Assembly (NCBI GenBank): GCA_965223325.1
Contig: CBDCWI010000002.1
Location: 704,001 to 768,000 of the forward strand
Origin: Candidatus Multivoradales bacterium
GTDB taxonomy: Bacteria > Acidobacteriota > Thermoanaerobaculia > Multivoradales > Multivoraceae
Direction of reading: 5' to 3'
DNA length: 64,000 bases
The translations under genes were made by a program, and so were the position numbers. The notes under the pieces are model-generated. The model worked only from the letters and a program-made list of their open reading frames with translations. It ran no database searches and had not been told where the DNA came from. The stretch's first letter is position 1, and each line of letters opens with the position of its first letter. Positions 1 to 10,826 of the stretch are shown piece after piece.

Positions 1-785
1 CCGCCTGAACCGGTGTCGATCTCGAGCTCTCGAGTGCGGATCCCTGAGACCGACACCCGACCGCTGCCAGTGTCGACCTGCACATGCTGCCCGTCGACCG
101 AGACCGCGGTGACCTGGCCACTGCCGGTGTCGATCTCGAGCTCGCCGACGATCTCCGCCACCTCGACTTCGCCCGAACCGGTATCGATCATCACCCGCCC
201 TTCGATGTCCTCCGCTCGCACGACTCCAGCATGGGAGTCGAGCGTTATGTCACCGTCGACGTTGGCCGCCATGATGTCGCCGACACCGTGTAGCACCACG
301 AGCTCGGCGCCGCGCGGCACTTCGACCCGCACATCGGCCCACAGGTGCTTGCCACCCCCGTGTTTGGAGACCTTGATGCGCCCGCTACCGAACACAGCGT
401 CCATGAGCTCGGCAACAAGCCCCTTTTCCCGACGCTCCCAGTGTCGGAGTTCGAGGGTGGCGTTGCCCGCCGGGTAGACGTACCGACGGGTGTCCTTGGG
501 AAAGACGATGCCCAGGATGCCGCGCCGCTCATCGACCTCATAGTCGATCGCACCATCTCGGTAGTCCTTCCCACCAGGAGTCACGGTCACGACGAACTCC
601 GAGCCCGAACCGCCGGTGACGTTGATCTCGCCGATCAAGTTGCCGATCACCAGTCGGTCGCTACCGAAGCGGAACTCCTCAGCCGCGGCCGGGCCGGCGG
701 TCAACGCCAGGGCAACAACCAGAAAGAGAGAGGCGGTAAAGACGCGCGCGAGTGGAATGCCAGGAAACAGTGTGCTGCGGTTCAT
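1..785 (-). CDS. DUF4097 family beta-strand repeat (adhesin-like) exported protein, truncated by window edge
   Basis: Manual translation from ATG 785 (GGGAG upstream): signal peptide MNRSTLFPGIPLARVFTASLFLVVALALTAGPAAA, then repeated IDTGSGEV/IDTGSGQV/VDTGSGRV/IDTGSGG motifs. The frame stays open to position 1 and is absent from the ORF track. Confidence 0.8.
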   Translation of the reverse strand, partial: MNRSTLFPGIPLARVFTASLFLVVALALTAGPAAAEEFRFGSDRLVIGNLIGEINVTGGSGSEFVVTVTPGGKDYRDGAIDYEVDERRGILGIVFPKDTRRYVYPAGNATLELRHWERREKGLVAELMDAVFGSGRIKVSKHGGGKHLWADVRVEVPRGAELVVLHGVGDIMAANVDGDITLDSHAGVVRAEDIEGRVMIDTGSGEVEVAEIVGELEIDTGSGQVTAVSVDGQHVQVDTGSGRVSVSGIRTRELEIDTGSG

Positions 786-888
786 CTGAGGTCAGCTCCC
801 AGTGGGTGTTTGGTCTCGTTGGATCTATAGAGACGCCAGCGCCGCGGGTTTGTTTCACTACCCCGGCGACTCGACGGCCCGCGGCAGG

Positions 889-2046
889 TCAGAAGCCCGG
901 CCCGAGGGCCGTCTTGGACGCCGCGCCTTCCTCCTCGTAGACGAACCGCGGTACCAGATAGCCCGGCACCGTCGCCCGCAGGCGAGCCTCGAGAGCCCGC
1001 GCCTCCTGCCTCGGGACCTCGAAGTGGGCGGCTCCCTGAACCCGGTCGAGGAGGTGGAGGTAGTAGGGCTGCACCCCGACCTCGAGCAGGCGTTCCGACA
1101 ACCTTTTCTGGGTCTCCACCTCGTCATTGATCCCGCGCAGGAGGACCGCCTGATTGAGCAGAGTGATCCCGCGCGCGCGCAACGGCTCGAGCGCCCGCGC
1201 CACCCTGGGGCTGAGCTCGTGGGGATGGTTGGCGTGCAGGACCACCACGACCTGGAGCGGCGTACGGTCGACCCACTCGAGAAGCGCTTCGTCGACCCGC
1301 TCGGGGAGAACCACCGGGGTTCGGGTGTGGATCCGCAAGGTCTCGAGATGAGGAATGCGACCGAGCTTCTCGACCAGAGGCGCGAGCAGCTCATCGGGCA
1401 CCGTCAACGGGTCACCTCCACTCAGAATCACCTCACGCACGGACGGTGTCTCGGCGAGCGCTTCGAGCGCAGGCTCAGGATCAACGGCAAGACGGTGGTC
1501 GGCATAGGGAAAATGACGACGAAAACAGTAGCGACAGTGAACCGCGCAGGCGCCGGTCACCACCAGGAGCGCCCTGCCCGGGTACTTCCTCAGCACCCCG
1601 GGAGTCCCGTCGTGGGCGCCAGCGAGCTCACCCACCGGGTCGATGGTGAAACCAGCCACCGCCAACGTCTCCTCCTGGCGTGGCAACACCTGAAGCAGCA
1701 GCGGATCGTTCCGATCGCCCCCACGCATCTGGGCGACAAAGCCCCAGGGCACCCGCAGCGGGAAGCCATGCGAAGCAGCTGTGTCTTCCGGCAACGCCTC
1801 GAGACCGAGGGCGGTCAGCAGTTCACGCGGATTCTTGATCGCGCGTGCCAGCTCTTTCTGCCACTGACCGCGGGGCCACGAGGGCTCGGCACGGAAATCG
1901 TCACGCAGCGGGCTCGGGCGACGAACTCGAGGCGGTTTGACGGCCTCGGGGGGCCGCAGAGCCTTCTCGATGGCAGCTTCGAGAGCCGCGTCATCTTCGA
2001 AAGCCGGCGACGGCTCAGATGGCCTGTGGTTGGGAGCGGTTGACAT
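889..2046 (-). CDS. epmB: EF-P beta-lysylation protein EpmB (KamA-family radical SAM lysine 2,3-aminomutase)
   Basis: [15 protein letters not shown] radical SAM motif, [38 protein letters not shown]. Divergent from efp. Start uncertain (2046 or 2079). Confidence 0.92.
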   Translation of the reverse strand: MSTAPNHRPSEPSPAFEDDAALEAAIEKALRPPEAVKPPRVRRPSPLRDDFRAEPSWPRGQWQKELARAIKNPRELLTALGLEALPEDTAASHGFPLRVPWGFVAQMRGGDRNDPLLLQVLPRQEETLAVAGFTIDPVGELAGAHDGTPGVLRKYPGRALLVVTGACAVHCRYCFRRHFPYADHRLAVDPEPALEALAETPSVREVILSGGDPLTVPDELLAPLVEKLGRIPHLETLRIHTRTPVVLPERVDEALLEWVDRTPLQVVVVLHANHPHELSPRVARALEPLRARGITLLNQAVLLRGINDEVETQKRLSERLLEVGVQPYYLHLLDRVQGAAHFEVPRQEARALEARLRATVPGYLVPRFVYEEEGAASKTALGPGF

Positions 2047-2115
2047 GACTGGGTCTCGGGCGGCAGTGTACCGGCTCATCGTCTGGAACCCACTACCCTC
2101 CGCAGGGACTCCACC

Positions 2116-2682
2116 ATGGCTACCTACAACCACAATCAGTTTCGCGTCGGCCTCAAGGTCCTGATCGACAACGATCCGTGTGTCGTCACCGACTGCGACT
2201 TCATCAAGCCCGGCAAGGGTCAGGCCTTCACGCGCATCAAGTACAAGAACCTGCTCACCGGCCGGGTGCTCGAGCGCACCTTCAAGTCAGGCGAGACGGT
2301 CGAAGGCGCCGACGTCGTCGATACCGACATGCAGTTCCTCTACGGTGACGGTGAGACCTGGAACTTCATGAACCCGGAGTCCTATGAGCAGGTCGAAGCC
2401 AACGCCGAGACCGTGGGCGACGCTGCCCAGTGGATCAAGGAGCAGGACATCTGCCAGGTCACCCTGTGGCGCGGCAACCCGATTCTGGTCACCGCCCCGA
2501 ACTTCGTCGAGCTCGAGATCACCCAGGCCGACCCGGGCGTCAAGGGCGATACCGCGAGCGGTGGCACCAAGCCCGCTACCCTCGAAACCGGCGCGGTCGT
2601 CAAGGTCCCGCTGTTCGTCGAGCAGGGTGAGCGCATCAAGGTCGACACCCGAAACGGCGAGTACGTCTCACGCGCCAAGTAG
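2116..2682 (+). CDS. efp: Elongation factor P
   Basis: KPGKGQAF loop carrying the modifiable Lys, [35 protein letters not shown]. Confidence 0.98.
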   Translation: MATYNHNQFRVGLKVLIDNDPCVVTDCDFIKPGKGQAFTRIKYKNLLTGRVLERTFKSGETVEGADVVDTDMQFLYGDGETWNFMNPESYEQVEANAETVGDAAQWIKEQDICQVTLWRGNPILVTAPNFVELEITQADPGVKGDTASGGTKPATLETGAVVKVPLFVEQGERIKVDTRNGEYVSRAK

Positions 2683-2712
2683 GCGACGAGCGACTCCTCT
2701 GCCACCGGCAAC

Positions 2713-3732
2713 GTGACCGCCTCACCAGACGCAGCTGACGGGTGCGACTGGCGGCCGAGCGCCAGCCTCCTGACCCTCAGGCAGAGAGCCGAGGTCCGCA
2801 CCTTCGTACGCTCCTTCTTCGAGGACCGCGGCGTGCTCGAAGTCGAAACGCCGGCGCTCGGCCTGTGCGGCGGTACCGACCCCGATATCGAACCGCTCTG
2901 TACGGCGTTTCGTGGCCCGGGGTACGACCCGGCAGAGGAGCTCTTCCTGCAGACCTCGCCCGAGTTCGCTCATAAGCGCCTCCTGGCGGCCGGCTCAGGC
3001 CCGGTCTACGAACTCGCCCGCGTGTTCAGGAACGGCGAGCGCGGGGCACGCCACAGCCCAGAGTTCACCCTGCTCGAGTGGTACCGACCGGGCTACTCTC
3101 CTTCTGACTTGATGCGCGAGGTCGAAGAGCTGGTCGCCGGGGTCCTGGCGCTCGAGAGTTCACGCTTCGACCTGGCCGGGCCATCGGTCACCTTGACCTG
3201 GGCCGAGATCTTCGGGGAGTGTGTGGGGCTCGATCCTCATCGCGCCACGACCGCTGAGCTGGTGCGAGCGGCCGAGGAAACGGCCTCGACGACCCTCGAC
3301 GAGAAGACGGCAGGTCGCCGGACAGCTCTCCACCTGCTTTTGACCCACGTCGTCGAGCCGTCGTTTCCAAGACAGCGCATGGTGTTCTTGACCGACTATC
3401 CGGAATCCGAGAAGGCCCTTGCCCGTCTGCGCCTGGAACCCGACGGCATCGCGGTCGCCGAGCGCTTCGAGCTCTACCTCGGCGGCCTCGAACTCGCCAA
3501 CGGTTTCAACGAGCTGACCGACAGCTCAGAACAGCGCGCACGCTTCGAAGAAGACACCGCGACACGGCAAGCAGCAGGTCTCGCGACTCCGCCGATTGAC
3601 GAGCGCCTGCTGGCGGCCCTCGACGCCGGAATGCCAGCAACGTCGGGTGTCGCTCTGGGGTTCGACCGGCTGGTCATGTTGGCCACCGGCAGAAGCCGCA
3701 TCGAGGAGGTCCTGGCCTTCACTACCCCGTAG
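2713..3732 (+). CDS. epmA: EF-P lysine aminoacylase EpmA (GenX/PoxA)
   Basis: Truncated LysRS-like protein: VLEVETP, LQTSPEFAHKRLL, FRNGERGARHSPEFTLLEWYR, ELANGFNEL, GVALGFDRLVM. Confidence 0.95.
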   Translation: MTASPDAADGCDWRPSASLLTLRQRAEVRTFVRSFFEDRGVLEVETPALGLCGGTDPDIEPLCTAFRGPGYDPAEELFLQTSPEFAHKRLLAAGSGPVYELARVFRNGERGARHSPEFTLLEWYRPGYSPSDLMREVEELVAGVLALESSRFDLAGPSVTLTWAEIFGECVGLDPHRATTAELVRAAEETASTTLDEKTAGRRTALHLLLTHVVEPSFPRQRMVFLTDYPESEKALARLRLEPDGIAVAERFELYLGGLELANGFNELTDSSEQRARFEEDTATRQAAGLATPPIDERLLAALDAGMPATSGVALGFDRLVMLATGRSRIEEVLAFTTP

Positions 3733-3811
3733 AAACTACGAGGGCTGAGCCACCGGCGCCAGAGACGGCCCCACCGTTCAAACCGTCCTGGTGTCAAACC
3801 GTCTCGGTGCT

Positions 3812-4981
3812 CTAAGTGGCGCCGTTTGCTCTGGACCGGGCTTCGTCGACCAGGCGTGCGCCTGGGAAGAGCTCAGCCAGAAGCACTGTTGCGTAGCTAC
3901 CACGTTCGAGGGTGAAGTCGAGGGTCAGAAGAGTCGGCGCCCTTTCGGAAGACTCTCCTTCGGTTTCACCTTCCGTCGCGTGAACCGACACATCGCGCAC
4001 CCGAGCGCGCACCGGCCGCCGCGTTCCCGGCAGGCGGACTCCGCGCGGCAACCGCTTACGGTCGAGCTCAGGAAGGCCGAACTCTGCCATCGCCTGCTCT
4101 TCCTCCTTTGCGGCGTCGCCTCGTGGCCGACGCATCTTGACGCCCAACATCGGTCCGGTGGCCGAGACGAGGAACGCTGCCGCCTCTTCTGACAGGTCTT
4201 CATCGATGGCCACGGTGCGCACTCCTCCGCTGCGGTGTTCGTAGACCAGATCACCGCGGCGCACTCGATCGATCGGCACTCCTGCGGCCCTGCGAATCTC
4301 GAGCACTCTGTTGAACACCGCCGCTTGCAGGGCGTTGAGGAGAAAACTCCGCCGGCGACGATCGTCGACCCGCACCGCGCCACGCAAGAGCCCGAGCGCG
4401 CGGCTCGGGTTGTCGCCGCGGGTGCCGAAACGCTGGACGCCGAAGCGGTTCTCGAAGCCACGGCGTTCGAGCTCCCGAGCTCTCGTGCTGGTGCGCGCGA
4501 GAACGCTGTCGACACTTTCCTTCGTCTCGTTCTCTTGGGTGAGCTCGACGTCGATACCGAAACGGTTTCCACAGAGGTCGCCGGGGCGAAGAGCCTGGAA
4601 GTGGCGCCCGACCTCGAGCAGAGTGACATCGGGCACATCGAAAGCCGCTAGCCGACGTTCGACATCTGGACCACCGGGGAGAGAGAACCACTGGCGAGCC
4701 AGCGAGACTCGGTCTTTGCGTCCTGCCCACGACACCTCGCCCGGCGAGACCCCCGCCGCGCGAGCGAGGTCCTTCGCCACGTCGTTGGTGTTGCAATTAC
4801 GTTTCTCGACCCGGACCCACAGGAAAGATCCTTCTCCCGACGGCGGTCGCTCCGGTAGTTCCTCGACCCGAAAGCTCTCTGGCCGGTTCCGAAACGAGAC
4901 CCGAGCGATTCCTCTGCCCACTCTGTCTCCAGCGTCAGCGCTGTTGCGGGCCGGCGGGTCTGGCATCATCTGCTTCGCCAT
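3812..4981 (-). CDS. truD: tRNA pseudouridine(13) synthase TruD
   Basis: FRVEE, WAGRKDR catalytic Asp motif, GNRF, NRFGVQRFG, FTLERGSYAT. Confidence 0.9.
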   Translation of the reverse strand: MAKQMMPDPPARNSADAGDRVGRGIARVSFRNRPESFRVEELPERPPSGEGSFLWVRVEKRNCNTNDVAKDLARAAGVSPGEVSWAGRKDRVSLARQWFSLPGGPDVERRLAAFDVPDVTLLEVGRHFQALRPGDLCGNRFGIDVELTQENETKESVDSVLARTSTRARELERRGFENRFGVQRFGTRGDNPSRALGLLRGAVRVDDRRRRSFLLNALQAAVFNRVLEIRRAAGVPIDRVRRGDLVYEHRSGGVRTVAIDEDLSEEAAAFLVSATGPMLGVKMRRPRGDAAKEEEQAMAEFGLPELDRKRLPRGVRLPGTRRPVRARVRDVSVHATEGETEGESSERAPTLLTLDFTLERGSYATVLLAELFPGARLVDEARSRANGAT

Positions 4982-5038
4982 GAAGCAATTCCATCACGCC
5001 CACTGCCGAACAGTCCGCACCGAGAGCCCATCCCACCC

Positions 5039-5605
5039 ATGAAGTTCTCCGGTAACCCACCCTTTGACCTCGACGAGCTCTACGGGCTCTTCGGCGATCG
5101 CGCACCTGAAGGTCACGAAGTGCCGGCCGAAGAAATGCCGGCTTCTGCGCGCCGGCTCCTCGCGCACCACGACCACATGACGGTCACCCTCGAGCGTCAT
5201 CACGGTGGCCCGGTGGAACTCGACCCACTCGATGTCGTCGAAGAAGGCATGCTGTACGCGCGACGCATCCTGTTGCGGCGTCCCAGCGATCGGGTGGTGA
5301 TGTTCGGAGTGATGCGGTTCGACCTCTCGAGTATCGAAGCTTCGCTCTGCGAGCGCATTCGAAGCGGCACCACGCCGCTCGGGCGCCTGCTGATCGACGA
5401 CGGGCGTCTGCGCAGGATCGACACCCACACGCTGGTAACCATCGAAGTCGATCGCCAGCACCGGGACTGGATGAAGCTTCGTGCTGATGACGGTCCGCTT
5501 CCGAATCGAGCCTGGGGACGCCTGGCGACCCTATCGGTGGACGGCTCGCCTGCCGTCTCGTTGCTCGAAGTGGTCCCAGAAGACGCCTACTACGAAGCGA
5601 CCTGA
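5039..5605 (+). CDS. Chorismate lyase/UTRA-fold (UbiC/DUF98-like) protein
   Basis: LLAHHDHMTVTLE, YARRILL, IRSGTTPLGRLL pattern typical of the chorismate-lyase-like fold. Confidence 0.55.
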   Translation: MKFSGNPPFDLDELYGLFGDRAPEGHEVPAEEMPASARRLLAHHDHMTVTLERHHGGPVELDPLDVVEEGMLYARRILLRRPSDRVVMFGVMRFDLSSIEASLCERIRSGTTPLGRLLIDDGRLRRIDTHTLVTIEVDRQHRDWMKLRADDGPLPNRAWGRLATLSVDGSPAVSLLEVVPEDAYYEAT

Positions 5606-5630
5606 GCCTCGCAGAACCCCTCGCCGGCGC

Positions 5631-6779
5631 TCAGCTGCGGCGTTCGAGCTCGGCGACCAGCTCGTCGCCCACCACCGCCCGGCGCCAGCCGCGAAGTTCC
5701 TCGGGCAGCCACTCGTCCTCGCCGGCGCGTGATCGCGCGATGAGTTCGGAAAGCAGGCGGCGCTGGGCGAGAAACGAAGCCGGAAGGTCATGCTCCTCGG
5801 CGGCTTTCTCGACGATCTTCTTGAGCGCCTCGATGGTGCCCTTGGCCTGGCCCGAGGCGAGACCCCTCGGAGTGCGCTTCTCGAGCGGATCCTTCATGCC
5901 CTGTGCGACCGCATCGAGAATCGCCCTGCCGCCGCGCGCGCGCTCGCTGCGACGCAGACCGCGCACCTCCTTGAGCGCCGCCAGATTGGTCGGTCGAGCA
6001 CGGGCGAGATGGATGAGCACTTCGTCAGAGGCCACGAAGTGACGCGGTAGGTCGCGGTGGCGTGCCACCTCTTCGCGCCAGTCCGAGAGCCGACGCAGCA
6101 CAGTGCACTGACGGGCCGTCAGGCGGCCCTTCTTGAGGCGTTCGAAACCCCAGGCGGGATCGAGTCGCGCTTCGGCGGTGCGACTTTGACGCTCGAACTC
6201 TTCGCGAGCCCAGGCAGTCCTACCCAGAACGTCGAGCCGTTCGGCCAGGTACTCATAGATTGGCAACAGGTAGGCGACATCGAGCCCGGCGTACTCCATT
6301 TGCGATTTCCTGAGCGGCCGAGAGAGCCAGTTCGAACGCGTTTCCCCTTTCGGGATGGCGATCCCGAAGACCTCCTTGACCAGCGCCTGATAGCCGAGCG
6401 AGTAACCGAGCCCGACCAGCGCCGCCGCAATCTGGGTGTCGAAAACGGGTCCCGGGAAGACCTCGAGGCGGTTGTGCAACACCTCGAGATCTTCACTCGC
6501 TGAGTGCAGAACCTTGACCGTTCCCGGGTCGGTCATCACCTCACCGAACGGCCGCCAATCGTCGATCTCGAGAACATCGATCAACCAGCAATCTTGTTCG
6601 TCGCCCACTTGCAGCAACCCGAGACGGGCAAAGAAGGTGCGAGTGCGCACGAACTCGGTGTCGAGTCCTATCGCCGCACTGGTACGCCAGCGTTCGCAAA
6701 GCGCGCTGCACTGCGCGTTTTCTGCCACCAACCGTGGCTTCGGCGGCGGCGGGAGTGGCGGGATGGAAGGACCACTCAC
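5631..6779 (-). CDS. rnd: Ribonuclease D
   Basis: DEDDy motifs GLDTEFVRTRTF, KVLHSASEDL, FDTQIAA, SNWLSRPL, YAGLDV, followed by an HRDC domain. Start is approximate (GTG 6779); the ORF-track start at 7184 overlaps the next gene. Confidence 0.9.
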   Translation of the reverse strand: MSGPSIPPLPPPPKPRLVAENAQCSALCERWRTSAAIGLDTEFVRTRTFFARLGLLQVGDEQDCWLIDVLEIDDWRPFGEVMTDPGTVKVLHSASEDLEVLHNRLEVFPGPVFDTQIAAALVGLGYSLGYQALVKEVFGIAIPKGETRSNWLSRPLRKSQMEYAGLDVAYLLPIYEYLAERLDVLGRTAWAREEFERQSRTAEARLDPAWGFERLKKGRLTARQCTVLRRLSDWREEVARHRDLPRHFVASDEVLIHLARARPTNLAALKEVRGLRRSERARGGRAILDAVAQGMKDPLEKRTPRGLASGQAKGTIEALKKIVEKAAEEHDLPASFLAQRRLLSELIARSRAGEDEWLPEELRGWRRAVVGDELVAELERRS

Positions 6780-7044
6780 AGGAGGAGGTTTCGCAAGGGA
6801 GGATGGAGCGCCAGAGAGAGATGGAGGGCACGAATCTTTGGAACCCGAGGTTCTGGTGCCGGGGTCGATCACCGACAAGGCCGCCACCGGTCCCGATTCG
6901 AAGGTGTCCCGGCGAGCGGCCAGGGTCACCGGGAGGCACTTCGCATCGTACAATAGGCGCTGCCCCCGACAGAAAACTCGAGTCCCTTGAGAGAAGCTCC
7001 GATGCGCAGGCGATCTGCGCCTCGACCGAGCTTGCCGAGAACCC

Positions 7045-8013
7045 ATGAAGCCCCCTATCCCACTCGTCATCCTCGGTGGTTCCGACACCGCCCCAGGACC
7101 GCGGCCGGCCTCGCCGGAGACCTCTGGGGAGGCCACCGGCCCGCGCCCCCTGACCGGTTGCAAGGGCGTCGACGTGCGGATCAACGGCCGCTGCCTGGCC
7201 GATCTGTTGATCGAACGGCTGCGCGGTCTCGGCGCCTTCGACCCAATCTGCGTCGCCGGCCCAGCCGCTGCCTATCGCGTCCTCGAGCAGCCGGTGACCC
7301 TCATCGATACCGATGCCGGCTTTGGCAAGAACATCGAGGCCGGCATCACCTGGGTGCAAGAGGAGTTTGGCAGTCGGCCGATGGCGATCGCCACCTGCGA
7401 CATCGTTCCCGACGCCGCCGAACTCGAGGCAGTGTGGCAGGACTGGCTCGACAGCCAGCCCACCGACTTGTGGTTTCCGATCATCGAGGCGCCCCACGAT
7501 CGAGACGAGCTCGGCGCTTCGGCCTGGAAACCGCGCTACCGTGTGCTACCCGAAGATGGCGGCGAGCTGGTGCCGGTCCTTCCGAGCCACCTGACCGTCT
7601 TCGACCCGGCCGGCCTACGACTCGGGTTTCTCTACAAGTTGATGGACGTTGCCTATCGCACTCGCAACCGCTCGATCACCTACCGTCGCGCGACCTTGTT
7701 TCGCGAACTCGCGTGGAACATCTTTCTCGACGACCTCAGGAAGCTGGCGACGTTTCAGGTCCCTGGCCTGTTTCTCGACATCGTGGTGTCGGGCTCGCGC
7801 GCAGCCGGGCAGCTGCGCGACCAGACCATCACTCGCGCCGGGCTCGAGAACGCACTCCGCCGCATGTTCGTCACGCGCGCCCATCGCAAGGCCTATCCCG
7901 ATCGACGCATTCGCCTGCCGATCCTGCCGGGGCTCTCACTGGCCCGCGACATCGACACTCACGAAGAAGCCGAGGCGCTGCGCCAGGTCGCAGTCGCCGG
8001 GGCCAGCAGCTGA
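7045..8013 (+). CDS. Nucleotidyltransferase (MobA-like NTP transferase) family protein
   Basis: N-terminal VILGGSD...CKGVDVRINGR, ATCDI, C-terminal DIDTHEE. Confidence 0.6.
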   Translation: MKPPIPLVILGGSDTAPGPRPASPETSGEATGPRPLTGCKGVDVRINGRCLADLLIERLRGLGAFDPICVAGPAAAYRVLEQPVTLIDTDAGFGKNIEAGITWVQEEFGSRPMAIATCDIVPDAAELEAVWQDWLDSQPTDLWFPIIEAPHDRDELGASAWKPRYRVLPEDGGELVPVLPSHLTVFDPAGLRLGFLYKLMDVAYRTRNRSITYRRATLFRELAWNIFLDDLRKLATFQVPGLFLDIVVSGSRAAGQLRDQTITRAGLENALRRMFVTRAHRKAYPDRRIRLPILPGLSLARDIDTHEEAEALRQVAVAGASS

Positions 8014-8048
8014 GACACCGAGTCACCCACCCACCAACGAGTCTTCCC

Positions 8049-9433
8049 ATGGTCATCCCACAACAGCCCAGCCCGTATCTGCGTCGATTCCCCGCGCTTC
8101 TCGTTCTCCTGACGCTCGCCTGGGGCGGAGCGGCAGCTCTTGCGTCAGAGCCGCCGCAGCATGTTCTGTTGATCACCGCCGACACCCTACGCGCCGACGC
8201 CCTCACTCCCTACAACGAAGCGAAGCGCACACCTCAGATCAGCGAGCTCGCCGCAGAGGGCGTCGTCTTCGACGACGTGTTGACCACGATCGGCAAGACC
8301 GGGCCCGCCATCTCGTCGCTGTTCACCTCGCACTATCCGCCATCTCACGGTGCACGTCGCAACGGCATCCCCATGCGTCAAGACCTGCCGACCCTGGCCG
8401 GTGTCCTGAGCGAGCACGGCTTCTCTACCGCCGCCTTCATCTCCAACTGGACCCTGCGTTCGAACCTCTCCGGCAACCATCGGGGTTTCGACCACTACGA
8501 CCAGGAGTTCACCCACAAGCGCTACGGCGTTGGGCGCATGGCGGAACGCGAGGCCTCCGACGTCGTGACCTCGGCGGTCGAGTTCTACGCCGGCGACAAG
8601 GGCGCTTCTAGTACCACTGAACGGCGCTTCTTGTGGATTCACTTCTCCGAACCGCACAGCCCCTACGAGCTGCACCGGGGCCACATTCCGCGCCCGGAAG
8701 ACGCCAGTCCCGCCAGTCGCAAACGCCAGGCCTACGCCAGCGAGGTGCGGCTCGTCGATCACTGGACCGGCCGTGCGCTCGAACGCCTGGCACCCTGGTT
8801 CCCGCCCGACCAGACCCTTGTCATCTTCACTGCCGACCATGGCGAGAGCCTCGGTGAACACGACTACTGGGGTCACGGCAAGAACACCCACTGGCCCAAC
8901 CTCCAGATTCCGCTGGTGCTCAGAGGCCCCGGCCTGCCAGCCGGCCAACGCCGCAACGCTCCCGCTTCGATTCTCGATGTGCTACCGACGACCCTCGGTC
9001 TGCTCGGCATCGAGGCACCCGGGAACTGGAGGGGGTCGACCTCACCGAGGTCGCCACCGGTGGTCACCATCAGTTGGACAAACGCACCCGCCACGCCTTC
9101 GCCGACCGCGGAGCAGCGCTCTCGACGAGCGCCGCCACCGGCGACCCGCTCGAAATCGCCCAGGTCGTCGGTCAACGCGGCGCAGGTGCGATCAAAACGG
9201 TCTACGACTTCACCAGCCGAACGGTCGCTCACTACGATCTCGATCGTGACCCCGGCGAGACCGAACCTCTCCGCCGCGCTCCGATCGAAGTCGAGCCCCC
9301 CTTACGCCGCCAGTTGGCCAGCTGGTACCGCGGCCTTTCGACGTTCGAACACGACGAACGCAACACGCTCTCGGACGCGGACCGTAACGAGCTCGAAGCA
9401 CTCGGTTACATCGAACCGAGCGAAGGTCGCTAG
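8049..9433 (+). pseudogene. Exported sulfatase-like (alkaline phosphatase superfamily) protein with an apparent frameshift at the G-run 9031-9035
   Basis: HVLLITADTLRAD, FLWIHFSEPHSPY and TADHGESLGEH lie in one frame. The canonical C-terminus (YDLDRDPGE...LEALGYI) lies in ORF 9074..9433. One extra G restores NWRGVDLTEV. May be a sequencing error. Confidence 0.8.
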
Positions 9434-9452
9434 GGTCTTACTGAAGAATCCC

Positions 9453-10730
9453 TCAGGCCTCCTGCCTGCGGCGCACCTCTTCGAGAGCGCCCGGGCCAAA
9501 GCGGAGAATGTAGCGACCGAAGAACAAGGCGCCTCCCGCCACCAGGGTCCCGCCTGCGACCAGCACCAGGCGCTCGCCGAAACGGTCTGCCACCGCTCCG
9601 GCGGCGATGCCGGCGATCGGAAAGAAACCGAGAAACACCGTCGTGTGAATTGCCATCACCCGACCCCTCAAGCCCTCTGGGGCGATCGTCTGAAGAAGCG
9701 TGTTGGTCGTCGCCAGCTGCACCATGAAACAGAACCCGAGGAGCACCAGCGCCGGCAGGGCCATCACCAGCGTTCGGCTCTGTGCGAACACCACCAGCAG
9801 CACCCCGAACCCGAAGCCTGCGCCAACGACCCAGCGCTCGAGACCGCTGACCAGCCGCCGGGCGGCGAGGAGCAAGGCACCCACCAGTGCCCCGCTTCCC
9901 ACTGCGGCCTGTAGGTAGCCGAAGGTGTCCGGTCCGCCACCCAGCTGGCGCTCGGCGAACGACGGCAGCAACACGCCGTAGGGCATGCCAAAGATCGAGG
10001 TGACCAACAGGCAGCCGAGCAAGGCCAGAAGAGTCGGCTCACCTACAACGTAGAGAATCCCATCCCGGAGCTCCGCCAACACCGACGTGCGACCTGCGAC
10101 ATCGGGCTCATGGGCCGCAAGGCGCATGGCGATGAGCGCCAACACCACCGCCAGGTAGGCCAGGGCGTTGGCGAGAAAACACCATCCCTCACCGACCCAT
10201 GGAATCAAGAGACCAGCCACCGCCGGGCCGATCAAGCGCGCGCCGTTGAAGACCGCCGAGTTGAGTGCGATGGCGTTGGCGAGATCGTCCAGCCCTACCA
10301 GCTCAGGCAAAAAGGCCTGCCGGGTCGGGATCTCGAAGGCACGGGCGACTCCCGCCACCAAGGCGCACAGAAGAATGTGCCAGGGCAGCACCTGGCCGCT
10401 CAAGGTGAGAAGACCCAGCGCCAGGGCGGGAGCCATCGCCGACGACTGGGTGACGACCAGCATCCGACGCTTCTCGTGACGGTCCGCAAGCACTCCGGCA
10501 AACGGACTGAGTACCAACCCGGGACCCTGAATCGCCAGGGTCACGAGACCGACCCAGGCCGCCGACTCCGTCAGCCGAAAGACCAGCCAGGAAAGGGCCG
10601 TCCACTGCAGCCACAAACCCGTCAGTGAGACCGCCTGCCCGCCAATGAAGAGCCTGAAGTTGCGATGGCGAAGCGCGCGCAGCAGGTGGCGGCCACCACC
10701 CGGGGGTGGGGTTTCTTGTGACTTCGACAT
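9453..10730 (-). CDS. MFS transporter (MFS_3 / H+ antiporter-like)
   Basis: ALRHRNFRLF, GVLADRHEKRR, LRGRVMA, about 12 hydrophobic segments. Confidence 0.88.
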   Translation of the reverse strand: MSKSQETPPPGGGRHLLRALRHRNFRLFIGGQAVSLTGLWLQWTALSWLVFRLTESAAWVGLVTLAIQGPGLVLSPFAGVLADRHEKRRMLVVTQSSAMAPALALGLLTLSGQVLPWHILLCALVAGVARAFEIPTRQAFLPELVGLDDLANAIALNSAVFNGARLIGPAVAGLLIPWVGEGWCFLANALAYLAVVLALIAMRLAAHEPDVAGRTSVLAELRDGILYVVGEPTLLALLGCLLVTSIFGMPYGVLLPSFAERQLGGGPDTFGYLQAAVGSGALVGALLLAARRLVSGLERWVVGAGFGFGVLLVVFAQSRTLVMALPALVLLGFCFMVQLATTNTLLQTIAPEGLRGRVMAIHTTVFLGFFPIAGIAAGAVADRFGERLVLVAGGTLVAGGALFFGRYILRFGPGALEEVRRRQEA

Positions 10731-10826
10731 ACCCGGGCATCCTTTCAGGTCTCTGAGCCTCGGAAGGAGCGGCACGGGAGCCGGCAGTTGGCCGGCACTG
10801 CGGAGTAGGCTGGCTCCCCGGTGAAC

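Noticed and set aside
6987-9914. 975-aa ORF as one protein
   Set aside because: It is out-of-frame sequence over the NTP transferase, plus the real sulfatase-like N-part, plus post-frameshift read-through antisense to the MFS gene.
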